NCBI GenBank assembly: GCA_002189035.1 | Contig: NEEC01000004.1 | Coordinates: 3,100,001 to 3,164,000 of the forward strand | Reading direction: 5' to 3' | DNA: 64,000 nt | Source: Utricularia gibba | Taxonomy: Eukaryota > Plantae > Magnoliophyta | In this document: one piece after another, positions 63,131-64,000 of the stretch | How positions within the stretch are numbered: the stretch's first letter is position 1 | Layout: each line of letters starts with the position of its first letter | The notes under the pieces: model-generated | The model's input: the letters and a program-made list of their open reading frames with translations, nothing else | Databases searched by the model: none | What the model was told of the DNA's origin: nothing | Position numbers and translations under genes: made by a program

Positions 63131-64000
63131 GTTGAATAACCATGTTAATAGTCTACTACAAAAAAAAGGTATGAAAAATGACATTATATGCAGTATAAAA
63201 ACAAACAATACAACCTCCCTATAAGACAATCACAACCATATACCTGAGATGAAAACGACAAAATAAGCATACGAAGGCTTTCACAATAAAAAGGGAAGCC
63301 AACAATGCCAGATTTGCTTGCCACTGCAAAATTGAGAGAAGTTCCAACAACTTTACGTTCCTGAAGGGATGCTGAAATGCGTGGGTAGTTGGAGGAGCAA
63401 GAAACTAAAAAATGAGAAATAAATGCTTTTCATTTTTTGATTAAATAAATGAATTATTTTGGTACGTATACACAATAATTTAAAAAATCTATATTTTTTC
63501 AAATAAAGCTTAAGTCGTAGGCATCAATCCGACTCTTAAAAATTGGAGACTAGGATAGGAAAAAGAAGAATCCGGCAAGACCGCATCCGACACGCACGCA
63601 GGCCAGCCAACGACTTCTTTCCGAATAAAATGCCGGATATGTATTAGGTTCATAGAAGTCAGCTGGGTGTACATGCGCTGGCGTTGATTTTTGGAGTCCT
63701 CTCACGAATCTCCCTAATTGAAGATCACAGAGGATTTCAACCTCATTCCCTCTTTTTCTTGGAGTTGTCAATCTCGATTTTTCGTGCAGCGAAGACGTGG
63801 ATCCAGAAAATGTTTTAAGGCCTCCGTTTCCAGCAACCATATCGGTATGCTTCAATAGGATGACCTTTGGTTCATCCAGAGATCATTTCAGGTCGCTATC
63901 TCAGTGGCTGCCGTCGATCCTTTCATCCATCTCTTATGAGCTGATGCAGAGTTCGAAGAGATCCAACAGACGGAGATGGTATGGGAAACATATGTCAATC

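Overview
Repeat-rich plant nuclear DNA, apparently from a eudicot. It holds two intact-looking spliced host genes on +. One is Mediator subunit MED11 (17927-18493), which the ORF track misses. The other is a SHOU4-like/At4g22290-family membrane protein (19585-22371) with a GC-AG intron. A frameshifted MBOAT wax-synthase/sterol-acyltransferase pseudogene lies at 5591-6599. The rest is nested, mostly decayed transposons: a near-complete Ale-type copia; LTRs and pol fragments of at least five Athila-like LTR families, including two solo LTRs with exact TSDs; a Retand/Tat element with an extra RNase H and an antisense coiled-coil ORF; CRM-like, hAT and MuDR remnants; a full-length but disabled PIF/Harbinger inserted in an older Harbinger ORF; and MITEs. 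No rRNA, tRNA or CRISPR was seen. I found no clearly new biological system. The most unusual structures are a hairpin-in-hairpin MITE with four CTCGATCC-N13-GGATCGAG units between the convergent Harbinger ORFs, and a rearrangement junction carrying (TTTAGGG)2 plus a 101-bp templated duplication. All coordinates and mismatch counts were read by hand and may be off by a few bases. Family names come from recalled motifs, not database searches.
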